Positions 13,290 through 21,660 of a stretch of 41,434 bases of DNA are shown here, one piece after another (positions within the stretch are counted from its first letter, which is position 1; every line of letters begins with the position of its first letter). The notes under the pieces were generated by a model. The model made no database searches. It saw only the letters and a program-made list of their open reading frames with translations, and was not told where the DNA came from. The position numbers were made by a program, and so were the translations under genes. The DNA is from Candidatus Pacearchaeota archaeon. GTDB lineage: Archaea > Nanobdellota > Nanobdellia > Pacearchaeales > GW2011-AR1. The DNA is taken from positions 1 through 41,434 of the forward strand of contig JAMCXF010000006.1 in NCBI GenBank assembly GCA_023475035.1. The letters are read 5' to 3'.

Positions 13290-15446
13290 TTAACTCAAGT
13301 TTCCAAGCACAATTGATGTCAGGAAGAATAATGCAAGAACAGACAAAGTTGCAGTTACAGCATAAAGTCCTATTCCGGCTTTCAGATTTAATCCTGTCTT
13401 GTTTGTTCTTTCAAGTTTGTCTTCTCCCGAATCAATTATAACAAGAGCACTCGTAAGGATAAATATTATTTCAATAATATAAATTCCGATTATTATCTGA
13501 AGCAGATAAGGAGGAATCATTTTAGTCATGTCAAAAATATTTAATATTGCATTAAGATTGCCAACTCCTGCAATTGCCTCTGCTCCTCCAGCCTGAGCGA
13601 TATTTAATTTGCTTAAAATTCCAGTTATCATCGCTGCAAGTCCTATTACAACCCCTGATAATAATGGCGCAAGGAAAGTCATGTTGCTTTTCATGTCAGA
13701 AATAATTTCTGCAAGCATGTCTCTTAATCTATCAGTGATTTTGTTTATGTTTTTGACATACTCTGAAATGCTTATCAAACTTAATGCTGCAATGTTCAAT
13801 CCTTTCTTTGCGGATTCAACAAGAATTCTCATGCTCGTTGCAATTAATTCAGAAGGATAATATGCGATTGCTCCTCTCTTCTCGTCGAAGATTGCAGTTT
13901 CAACAGACATTCCCATTTGCATGACGTTGTAATTAACTCTTCTGAAAAAGTCTTCTGTTTTCAGTCCTTTGGTTGCTTCTGCAACTTTGCTGAATGCAAG
14001 TTCAGGAGGAACTCCGTTTCCGATTCTGTTTCCAAGCTGGAATAAAGAATTGTTAAATTCAACTTCAAGCTGTTTTGTTTTTTCTCTTTCCTTGATTAAT
14101 CCTTTTGTTTTATTTTTGAATGCTATTGCAAAAAATAATGCAACACCTACTGTGAAAAAAATTCCGAATATCAAAGCGCCAATTCCAAAAGGCCCTGCTA
14201 AATTTCCTCCTATGTCTATAAAACCAAAAAAAGATTCGCTTCCAAAAAAGCTCAATCCAAGTTCATCAAATGTGTAATCATTTTTTAATCCGATTGCAGG
14301 AGCAAGTGGCGACTGGAAAAATAAAGGTAAAAGCCCGATGACAAAAAAAGGAATGCAAATTAAGAAAGCATTTAGATAATGTTTCTTGTCTTTGTAAACA
14401 GGATAAAGAGGATTTCTTTCAATGAGTTCTGTTTCTCCGTATCCTCCTGGTCTCAGGGATAAAACTTTGTCAGTAAGATAGAAAACAAAAAAAGGAATTA
14501 TCAAATTAAATAAAATCATAACGTGATACCATTTTAAGAAATCTCCAACCATTGCTGAAGCAAGAGGAAGAAGAGCAAGTCCCAAAGTTGGAAGGACAAC
14601 TCCAAGCATGTAAACATTTGTCAAAGGACTTCTTACTTCATGAGTGAATTTAAGCATCTTGTCGTAAACTCCGTCAAGAACTACCTGCAATGCTTTTTCC
14701 AAAGTAACAACTCTTTTTCCGTCGTCAGGTTCAAACAGACTGCTTTCAATCAGATGAAAAGATTCAATAAATTCTGTGGAGTAATCTCTCCATATTTCTA
14801 GATAGTTATCAAGACTTTCTTTTATCGTGGAAAATTTCCCCAATTCAACATCATAAAAAACTTTTTTGAAATCAAGCGCAAGAGGATATTGAAGATGCTG
14901 TGAAGCAAAAGAAATTGCTCTTTCCAAGTTAGGGGTATGTCTCATATAAACGACAATGTACAAAATCGCAGGAACCATTTGTGATGATGCTTTCAGTCGC
15001 CATCTGTTCGCAAGCCTTTGAGGATATCCGTTGATAAAATAAAAAAGAAATAATCCTGCAAACATTAAAAGAACAAAAAAGAAAATAGGAAACTCCTGAG
15101 TGAAAAGCATTATTGCTACAGAAAGCAAAAGCCCAGCGAGGAAAACTCCGAAAAAAGAAACCATTGCAAGATTTATTGGCTGCCAAGGTTCCAAATCAAC
15201 ATGCGCAATTTCAAGATATCTTTGAACCTTTGCCTGTTCTTTTTGCGAAATCTTAAGTTTGATAATTCCTCCAAGGCTTCTGCACCATTTTTCATATCTT
15301 GTAAGTTCAGGAGCAAGTTCTTCCTTGAATGTCGAATAACTCTGGCTGTAATTTACTTTCTCAATATCCTGCGTAGTTTTTATGCTCTGTTCAATTCGGG
15401 CAGCATGTTTCTTGAGAATATCATCAATGTTGGGTCTTCCGTCCAT
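13290..15446 (-). CDS. polytopic membrane protein, probable FlaJ/TadC/PilC-like pilus assembly platform
   Basis: 718 aa with a cytoplasmic N-terminal domain, then two blocks of multiple TM helices separated by soluble segments. It sits between the secretion ATPase and the pilin genes. Family membership is inferred from architecture and context, not from a recognised signature. Confidence 0.6.
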   Translation of the reverse strand: MDGRPNIDDILKKHAARIEQSIKTTQDIEKVNYSQSYSTFKEELAPELTRYEKWCRSLGGIIKLKISQKEQAKVQRYLEIAHVDLEPWQPINLAMVSFFGVFLAGLLLSVAIMLFTQEFPIFFFVLLMFAGLFLFYFINGYPQRLANRWRLKASSQMVPAILYIVVYMRHTPNLERAISFASQHLQYPLALDFKKVFYDVELGKFSTIKESLDNYLEIWRDYSTEFIESFHLIESSLFEPDDGKRVVTLEKALQVVLDGVYDKMLKFTHEVRSPLTNVYMLGVVLPTLGLALLPLASAMVGDFLKWYHVMILFNLIIPFFVFYLTDKVLSLRPGGYGETELIERNPLYPVYKDKKHYLNAFLICIPFFVIGLLPLFFQSPLAPAIGLKNDYTFDELGLSFFGSESFFGFIDIGGNLAGPFGIGALIFGIFFTVGVALFFAIAFKNKTKGLIKEREKTKQLEVEFNNSLFQLGNRIGNGVPPELAFSKVAEATKGLKTEDFFRRVNYNVMQMGMSVETAIFDEKRGAIAYYPSELIATSMRILVESAKKGLNIAALSLISISEYVKNINKITDRLRDMLAEIISDMKSNMTFLAPLLSGVVIGLAAMITGILSKLNIAQAGGAEAIAGVGNLNAILNIFDMTKMIPPYLLQIIIGIYIIEIIFILTSALVIIDSGEDKLERTNKTGLNLKAGIGLYAVTATLSVLALFFLTSIVLGNLS

Positions 15447-15499
15447 AATTCACCTCAGTATGTTAAATAGGAATATAATTATAAATGTTTTTAGAAAAA

Positions 15500-15988
15500 T
15501 TATTTTTTATTTTTTCCTCTCAAATAAATAAATGCAAAAAATGAACCGCAAAGAAAAAAACATATAGCAAGCCATTTTGTGTCTGCTACCCCAATATTTC
15601 CGACAGCATTCCCTGTCAGATTAGAGGACACAAAAAAAAGGGCAAGAGTAAGTGCAAAGACTGAAGAAAATCCTAAAAATTTTTTTTCAAGTCCACCTTT
15701 AATTCTTTCAAGTCCATGAAGAAGTTTTTTACGTTCTGCAGTTATGCTTGCACGCTCTTTTTCAATCTCTTTTATTTCTTCGCCCCCCAAATATCTTCGG
15801 GCATGTTTAAGAGCATTATCATAAGCCATTTCAGCTTTCGGAAGATTTTTTGTGCGGTTCCAATATTCTCCAGCTTTTCTCCAGGATTCAATTATTTTGG
15901 CAGGAGATTTTCGCGCTCCCTTCATTTCTTCATAATGAGCTTCAGATTCGTACTGTTTTGCCTTTTTTGAATATACGTCTTCAACCAT
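15500..15988 (-). CDS. hypothetical membrane-anchored protein (helical N-domain, two C-terminal TM helices)
   Basis: Open frame between the ATPase and platform genes on the same strand. No motif recognised. Confidence 0.5.
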   Translation of the reverse strand: MVEDVYSKKAKQYESEAHYEEMKGARKSPAKIIESWRKAGEYWNRTKNLPKAEMAYDNALKHARRYLGGEEIKEIEKERASITAERKKLLHGLERIKGGLEKKFLGFSSVFALTLALFFVSSNLTGNAVGNIGVADTKWLAICFFLCGSFFAFIYLRGKNKK

Positions 15989-16023
15989 GATTAATTAAAT
16001 AAGAATAACTTTAAATAATTTAT

Positions 16024-18306
16024 CTAAAACTTTTTTGTCTTTACTTCATTGTTTAACCATTTCTGCCACTCAGGGAAAACTCTTTCTCCGAGAGGCAATC
16101 CGATTTCCTGTCTTACTTTGTCAGATATTTCATGAAACACGTGATTGGATAATGTGTTAAATCCCGATTCTAAAATTTTGCTGTATCCAGTTTTTTTTGC
16201 AACGTTTACTATTTCCTGTTTTATTTTTCCTCTTAATAAAATATTATCATAAATAGCATCCCAGTTTCCAGCCCATCCTTTTACATTAGACGCAACGCTC
16301 TTGATAACCTCGCTGTCTCCGTTAATCAAATCAGAGCTCGGTTCTAGTTCATCTTTTTCAATGTTATAATTAAGCAAATCAACAAATCCTTTTTCTAATT
16401 GGGGGTCTTGTTTCCAGTGCTTCCTGACTTCAGAAACTTGCACGACTCTTTTTATTGAATGAAGTCCGTCAGCAGTTTTTATTGGATTGCATACGACGAT
16501 TAAATCTGTTGCCTTGAAACTCGTTGCTGGAACTTCCAAATCATTTACAACTCTGTCAAAAACTCCGTAAGGAGAAGCTCCGTGAATTGTTCCTGCAACA
16601 ACATTTGCCAATGCTCCAACTCGCATTGCTTCATAAAGAGCTTTCGCCTCAACACTTCTTACTTCACCGATGATTAAACATGAATCACCAAGTCTCAAAC
16701 TGGTTCTTATTCCGTCGTCAGCAGAAACTTCTGTTGTCGTTTTCAAAAGTGCAGAACGGACTTTCATTCTCAAAATATCATATTCTAATTTTCTCAGAGA
16801 TTCAACAGGAAGTTCAAGAGAGTCTTCAATTACAATAATTCTGTTTTTAGGAATAATTTCAAGCATCAGGCTTCCGAGAAGAGAAGTTTTACCTGAGCTT
16901 CTCGTTCCGGCAACTAAAAGAGTTCTTGCTCCGTCGATTAAAAAGCTAAGAAGTCCTGCAGTGAAAGAATTCAACATTCTGTTATTTACATAAAGAGGAA
17001 GTGTCCATGGCTCTTCTCTGTGTCGTCGTATTGCATACGCAAGTCCGTCAGGCGAAAGAGGATTTTGAATGATAGCAATTCTCGCTCTTAACTTCCCGAT
17101 TTCCAATTGAGTATCAAGAATAGGATTCGCTTCATCCAATGGCCTTCCTGAAATCATTCTGAATTTTGCAGCCCACGAGTCAATATCTGACTGGCTTGGA
17201 AGAATATTAGTCTTGCATTCATCATAGTCTTGATGCCTGACATAAATGTTTGTCATCGGAATAGGCGCGTTCAGCATTATATCCTGTAATTTTTTATCCT
17301 GAAGAATTACTTCAACAAGCCCAAACCCGATTGTCTGCCTGACAAGTATCGTCGCAAGTTTGTTCAGGTCAGCATAATTAAGTTTTATTCTCTGTGTCTG
17401 CGACAAATCCTGAAGCAAGTCTTTTGCAATGTTAAAAAAAACATTTCTTATTCTTTCCACATCAGTAAATTCTTCGGCTTTCGGCTGGTGTTCAATCAAG
17501 ACTCCTCTCGCAAGATTCAGAAGAATATTGTAATCTTCGTCAAGAGAATTTTCAGGGGGATTGATGTGATAAATTAATTTTGATTCATCTTTTCTTTTTA
17601 AAATTGTGACTGTTGAAGTATCAAAATCTTCTCCGACAGTGTATTGGTCAATAATCTCCGCGTCCGCAGGTATGTCATAAACTAATCTCGTAAAAGTAAA
17701 ATTTGGAATTACATCTGGTTTCAGAATTTTGTCATAAATTGTTCTGTCTCCTTTTTTGTATCCTTCAAAGTAAGGAATAAGCTTTTGTATTATTGAAGTG
17801 TTTTCAAGAAGCGACAAAATTTTTTCAAGAAGGTGAATATAATTTTCTATGTCATTTCTGTATTGCTGTTCTGCCCTGTCAAAAAGAATTTTTGTTTGAA
17901 TAATAATTTTTTTGATTTCAAAATATGCAGAAACAGGATCTTGCCTTAGTAAAAATAAGAAAGAAAAAATTTCATTATATCTTTGATTAAAATAAGGGCC
18001 GTTATTCGAAGTAAGTTTTTCATGCGACAAAATTTTTTCCTGTCTCAAAAGATAAACATAAAGATGCGCGATTTCAAGGAGGAGCATCGTTTCCTGATTG
18101 TCATAATTGTAATTTTTCTGCTGTGCAAAAATAATTCTTGAAACTCCCGGATTTTCAATTAGCGCATCAATCGTTCTCGACATCACTTCAGGATAATCAG
18201 CAAGGCTGGGAACAAAAGGAGCCCCAAGATAATTGATATGAAGAACATCTTCTCCTCCTTCTCTTCTTACTTCATAAGAATATAATTTCTCCTCTTTAGA
18301 TGGCAT
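16024..18306 (-). CDS. type II/IV secretion-family ATPase (FlaI/PilB/VirB11-like) with a long N-terminal region
   Basis: Walker A (LLVAGTRSSGKTSLLG), Walker B (RIIVIEDSLEL), IIGEVRSVEAKALYEAMRVG, and a His-box-like AGTIHGASP. 760 aa. Confidence 0.9.
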   Translation of the reverse strand: MPSKEEKLYSYEVRREGGEDVLHINYLGAPFVPSLADYPEVMSRTIDALIENPGVSRIIFAQQKNYNYDNQETMLLLEIAHLYVYLLRQEKILSHEKLTSNNGPYFNQRYNEIFSFLFLLRQDPVSAYFEIKKIIIQTKILFDRAEQQYRNDIENYIHLLEKILSLLENTSIIQKLIPYFEGYKKGDRTIYDKILKPDVIPNFTFTRLVYDIPADAEIIDQYTVGEDFDTSTVTILKRKDESKLIYHINPPENSLDEDYNILLNLARGVLIEHQPKAEEFTDVERIRNVFFNIAKDLLQDLSQTQRIKLNYADLNKLATILVRQTIGFGLVEVILQDKKLQDIMLNAPIPMTNIYVRHQDYDECKTNILPSQSDIDSWAAKFRMISGRPLDEANPILDTQLEIGKLRARIAIIQNPLSPDGLAYAIRRHREEPWTLPLYVNNRMLNSFTAGLLSFLIDGARTLLVAGTRSSGKTSLLGSLMLEIIPKNRIIVIEDSLELPVESLRKLEYDILRMKVRSALLKTTTEVSADDGIRTSLRLGDSCLIIGEVRSVEAKALYEAMRVGALANVVAGTIHGASPYGVFDRVVNDLEVPATSFKATDLIVVCNPIKTADGLHSIKRVVQVSEVRKHWKQDPQLEKGFVDLLNYNIEKDELEPSSDLINGDSEVIKSVASNVKGWAGNWDAIYDNILLRGKIKQEIVNVAKKTGYSKILESGFNTLSNHVFHEISDKVRQEIGLPLGERVFPEWQKWLNNEVKTKKF

Positions 18307-18380
18307 AAAAAGAAAAAAGCGAAGAAGTTTAAAATATTTTGTATAGCAAACAATTTAAACTTCTCATTCATTAGTTGGTT

Positions 18381-18728
18381 ATGGCTCAGGAGCAGACAGA
18401 TTATGCAGGACAATTTCTTGGTGATATGAATTCCAAAGTCAGGGATATTGAAGAAAAACAAAAAATAGCAAGAGACAGAATCTTATTGATTGGACAGAAT
18501 CTTATTGAAACAAAAGAAGATTTGAACAAAAAAATGCTCGAACTAAAAAAAGATGTTGAAACAATGAAGCAAACATTAGGAAGATTATCTTCTTTTATAG
18601 AAACAATATCAAGTGAAGTTTCAAAATTTGCAAAAAAAGAAGACTTGGAAATCCTCACAAAACAGGCAAAGATGTTTCAGCCTATGGATTTTGTAAGAAA
18701 AGAAGATTTAAAAAAATTAAAAATTTAA
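18381..18728 (+). CDS. coiled-coil hypothetical protein
   Basis: First ATG at 18381; the track starts at TTG 18375. Heptad-rich, charged sequence. It is divergent from the pilus ATPase gene. Confidence 0.5.
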   Translation: MAQEQTDYAGQFLGDMNSKVRDIEEKQKIARDRILLIGQNLIETKEDLNKKMLELKKDVETMKQTLGRLSSFIETISSEVSKFAKKEDLEILTKQAKMFQPMDFVRKEDLKKLKI

Positions 18729-18764
18729 TAATAAAATGAAATCAAATAAAAAGAGTGATACAAT

Positions 18765-19442
18765 ATGGGAACAATAGATGATGTGATGGCTTTGAAGAGG
18801 CAGGGTTTTTCTGACCAGGATATTGTAAATGAATTATCTCAGCAGGGAGTTTCTCCGAGAGAAATAAATGATGCGTTGAAACATGCGCAGATAAAAAATG
18901 CAGTTGCAGATAATGATTATAATCAGGGAGAGAGTATGGAACCCTCAATAATGCAGGGGGAAGAAATGATGGCTGCTCCTGCTCCGCAGGATATGGGTGC
19001 AGAATATGTTCCGCAGGAAGAGCAGCAGTATTATCAGGCAGGAGGAGAAGGCGGAGGTTATGAGCAGTATGCTCCTGCACCAGCAGCGGTTGATACAGAC
19101 ACAATAATAGAAATTTCAGACCAGATTTTTGCTGACAGGATAAAAAAGTTCCAGAAAGTTTTGGAAGCAACGTCAGAAGCAGCAATTCTTCTCCAGTCGA
19201 AATTTGAGAATCTTTCAGAGAGATTAAAAAAAATAGAAATGACTATTGACAAACTGCAGATTGCAATTCTTGAAAAAGTCGGCTCTTACGGACAGAATCT
19301 TGAAAGCATAAAAAAAGAAATGTCAATGATGGGCGATTCATTTTCAAAAATGGTTTCTCCGAGAGAATCAAGAAGGCAGATTGAAACTTCTGAAGAGGAA
19401 GAAATGCCTGTTCAGAAGAGAGCGATTTCACGAAAAAAATAA
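18765..19442 (+). CDS. hypothetical protein: small helical N-domain (UBA-like by eye), Q/E/G/A/P low-complexity linker, C-terminal coiled coil
   Basis: N-terminus is VMALKRQGFSDQDIVNELSQQGVSPREINDALKHA. The linker is locally GC-richer (about 18950-19110). The coiled-coil tail is KFENLSERLKKIEMTIDKLQIAILEK. Confidence 0.55.
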   Translation: MGTIDDVMALKRQGFSDQDIVNELSQQGVSPREINDALKHAQIKNAVADNDYNQGESMEPSIMQGEEMMAAPAPQDMGAEYVPQEEQQYYQAGGEGGGYEQYAPAPAAVDTDTIIEISDQIFADRIKKFQKVLEATSEAAILLQSKFENLSERLKKIEMTIDKLQIAILEKVGSYGQNLESIKKEMSMMGDSFSKMVSPRESRRQIETSEEEEMPVQKRAISRKK

Positions 19443-19452
19443 TTAAAATTTT

Positions 19453-20016
19453 TTAGTCTCTTGCGTAAGCAGGAATGTAAGCAATATCTTTTTTCTCTTG
19501 AGGTTTTCCAGCAGAACCAACTACAACAAAGATAAATAATAGGATTACAATTCCAAGAATTATGGCAGGGAAATATTGAGCCCAAAAGTCTGCTGACTGC
19601 CATCCTGACTCTCCTGCAGATTGAAGAATTATTAAACCAATTATCAAAACCCCAATTCCAAGAAGAATATAGTTTATTACTTTACTCTTAGCATCAACAA
19701 AAAGTCCGACAATAATGAATATTGCGAGAATGATTGCAAGTCCAACTCCTACTCTTGGGAATATCTGTGCAAAAAAAGTCGGGACAAAATCAAATTGCAA
19801 AGACATAAATGCAACTGCAAGCGCGATTATTCCGTTTACAGCTTTATTGTCTTTGAATATTTGTGTTCTTGTCAAAATACCGAAGACAAGTGCAAAAATA
19901 AGCATGAAAGGAAGAAGATAACTGAAAAAACCAAGTGCTTCCCATTTAGCAAGCAATTCCCCTATAACTCCTTCAGAAAGTCCAAAGGCTTGAAGCATCA
20001 TCATCTCTTTTAACAT
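19453..20016 (-). CDS. multi-pass membrane protein, paralogue of 20060..20572
   Basis: About 5 TM helices. YLLPFMLIFALVFGILTRTQIF aligns with FLLPFLLVFFVVFAILEKTKLL in the neighbour. Confidence 0.55.
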   Translation of the reverse strand: MLKEMMMLQAFGLSEGVIGELLAKWEALGFFSYLLPFMLIFALVFGILTRTQIFKDNKAVNGIIALAVAFMSLQFDFVPTFFAQIFPRVGVGLAIILAIFIIVGLFVDAKSKVINYILLGIGVLIIGLIILQSAGESGWQSADFWAQYFPAIILGIVILLFIFVVVGSAGKPQEKKDIAYIPAYARD

Positions 20017-20059
20017 AGAGAAAAATGTGAAAATATCTTTAAATATTTATCTGTCAAAA

Positions 20060-20572
20060 TTATTTTTTTTCGCCAACACCTTTTAGAACTAAAGCAAGTG
20101 CAATTGCAATCACGATTAAGAATATTGCATTAGTAAGAATTGTTCCGCCAATTCCTCCTGACAAAAAGTTTTGCAGATTGTCCCACAAGCCTGTTGCCCA
20201 TATAAGTGCAACCACGAAAGCAATAGCAACAATTATTCCCAATCCCCATTTCATCCAGTTCGCAGGTTTGAATCCTTTCTCATCTCCAAAGATAAATCCC
20301 CAAATTAAAAGAACAACAAAAACTGCTACCAAAGTTACTGTCAAGAATAATATCAAATTATTTACAACGAGAACAGGATAAATTGCTCCGACAAAAATCA
20401 GTCCAACTACAAATGCTGTAAGAGCGTGAATTTGTTTTTTCTCACCAAGAAGTTTTGTTTTCTCGAGAATTGCAAAGACTACAAAGAATACTAATAGAAA
20501 AGGCAATAAAAATTTAGAGATTACATCGTACTGCAAAAAAGTTATTACTCCTGTTGTTGTTTCATTTGCCAT
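20060..20572 (-). CDS. multi-pass membrane protein, paralogue of 19453..20016
   Basis: As for 19453..20016: tandem, on the same strand. Confidence 0.55.
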   Translation of the reverse strand: MANETTTGVITFLQYDVISKFLLPFLLVFFVVFAILEKTKLLGEKKQIHALTAFVVGLIFVGAIYPVLVVNNLILFLTVTLVAVFVVLLIWGFIFGDEKGFKPANWMKWGLGIIVAIAFVVALIWATGLWDNLQNFLSGGIGGTILTNAIFLIVIAIALALVLKGVGEKK

Positions 20573-20620
20573 AGTATATTAATTAGATTAATACTTATAA
20601 ATCTTACTTCTGTTTTAGAA

Positions 20621-20899
20621 TTATACCAAGTCTTCAGGAATTTCTTCAATGTTAGAATCTGGATTTGGCAAGGCAGCTCTGTTAATTAAGAAAACATCTC
20701 CAACAGCCTTTACAAATTGGTGCGGGATTATAACTCCTCTTGCTCCGCCAATCATAGAAATAACACTTCCGCCGACTTTTATTCTCCAGCCGTCGATTCT
20801 GTTGTCAGAAAGATTAGCTTCTTCTATTTCTCCGAAGAAATCTCCTGAATCAGTATAAACCTTGTTTCCGATAACTTCACTTATCTTTTTTATTCTCAT
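20621..20899 (-). CDS. PRC-barrel domain protein
   Basis: From the internal ATG at 20899: MRIKKISEVIGNKVYTDSGDFFGEIEEANL...IDGWRIKVGG...GVIIPHQFVKAVGDVFLI. This is the typical small archaeal PRC-barrel pattern. The upstream part of the track ORF is low-complexity A/T-derived sequence. Confidence 0.65.
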   Translation of the reverse strand: MRIKKISEVIGNKVYTDSGDFFGEIEEANLSDNRIDGWRIKVGGSVISMIGGARGVIIPHQFVKAVGDVFLINRAALPNPDSNIEEIPEDLV

Positions 20900-20975
20900 A
20901 GGTAAATTTATTTGGTTGTATTTAAATAGTTTTCCATAAAATAAAATATAAATTTTTTTAGGTATAATAGAGGAT

Positions 20976-20987
20976 AAATTTATAAAA
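20976..20987 (+). promoter_or_regulatory. TATA-box-like element (AAATTTATAAAA) upstream of the 21008 gene
   Basis: Located 21-32 nt upstream of ATG 21008. Confidence 0.4.
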
Positions 20988-21007
20988 AAAACAAACATAA
21001 AAATTGT

Positions 21008-21652
21008 ATGTTAAGCAAAAAAGAGATATTCCCTATTCTGTTGGTAATCATAATCATAAGTTTCTCAGTGAGCTTGTCATTGGACATGGTTGAAAACTGG
21101 CAATTAATCGGAGGGACTGTTCTTGCTGTGTCTCTTGTTCTTCTTGCAAACATTTTCACGAAAAAAATTGTCGCATATCTTCTTGATTCAGAAATAGAAA
21201 TGAAAATTTGGAGTCTTGAAAGATATGGACTTCGCCCTGCTCAGCATTTCAAAAAACCTTTTCCTATCGGAGCTTTTCTTCCGTTGATTTCAAAATTAGT
21301 TTTATTCCCTTTCAAAAGTATGGTATGGATGGCATCGTTGGTTTTCGACGTAAAGCCAAGAATTTACAAGGGAGCAAAACGGCACGGATTGTATACTTTT
21401 TCAGAAATAACAGAGTCCCATCTCGGATTAATTGCAGCATCAGGAATTGTAATTAACTTAGTTCTTGCTGTAATTGGATATTTCCTCGGCTTCCCTCTTT
21501 TTTCAAGATTGAATATTTATCTTGCTTTTTTCAATATTCTCCCTCTTTACGAACTTGACGGAAACAAAATATTTTTCGGAAATTTAATAATATGGAGCTT
21601 CCTCGCAGCATTAGTTTTGATAGGAATGCTCTTCGCTATTTTTGTGATTTAA
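21008..21652 (+). CDS. membrane protein, site-2-protease (M50)-like but lacking HExxH
   Basis: FFNILPLYELDGNKIF matches the M50 N-x-x-P-x-x-x-LDG motif. No HExxH is visible; FTKKIVAYL occupies the position where HExxH is expected. Confidence 0.45.
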   Translation: MLSKKEIFPILLVIIIISFSVSLSLDMVENWQLIGGTVLAVSLVLLANIFTKKIVAYLLDSEIEMKIWSLERYGLRPAQHFKKPFPIGAFLPLISKLVLFPFKSMVWMASLVFDVKPRIYKGAKRHGLYTFSEITESHLGLIAASGIVINLVLAVIGYFLGFPLFSRLNIYLAFFNILPLYELDGNKIFFGNLIIWSFLAALVLIGMLFAIFVI

Positions 21653-21660
21653 TTGATAAG

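Noticed and set aside
18742-19185. 147-aa ORF antisense to the 18765..19442 gene, along with many other track ORFs lying inside or antisense to strong genes (for example 1106..1354, 4675..4977, 6595..6930, 13969..14277, 16670..16993, 33077..33517, 39377..39697).
   Set aside because: They lie opposite well-supported genes with recognisable motifs and have low-complexity or Leu/Ser/Phe-rich composition typical of antisense frames. The 18742 ORF stays open only because the sense strand is a GC-richer Q/E/G/A/P low-complexity tract.
20900-20998. N-terminal extension of the PRC-barrel ORF (MFVFFINLSSIIPKK...).
   Set aside because: It is low-complexity translation of the divergent promoter region. 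The PRC-barrel pattern begins at the internal MRIKKISEV.
21592-21660. N-terminal extension of the Hef helicase ORF (MELPRSISFDRN...) overlapping the 21008..21652 gene.
   Set aside because: The helicase homology begins at MEFLEKITPREYQ (ATG 21661). The extension is just the alternative frame of the upstream gene's 3' end.
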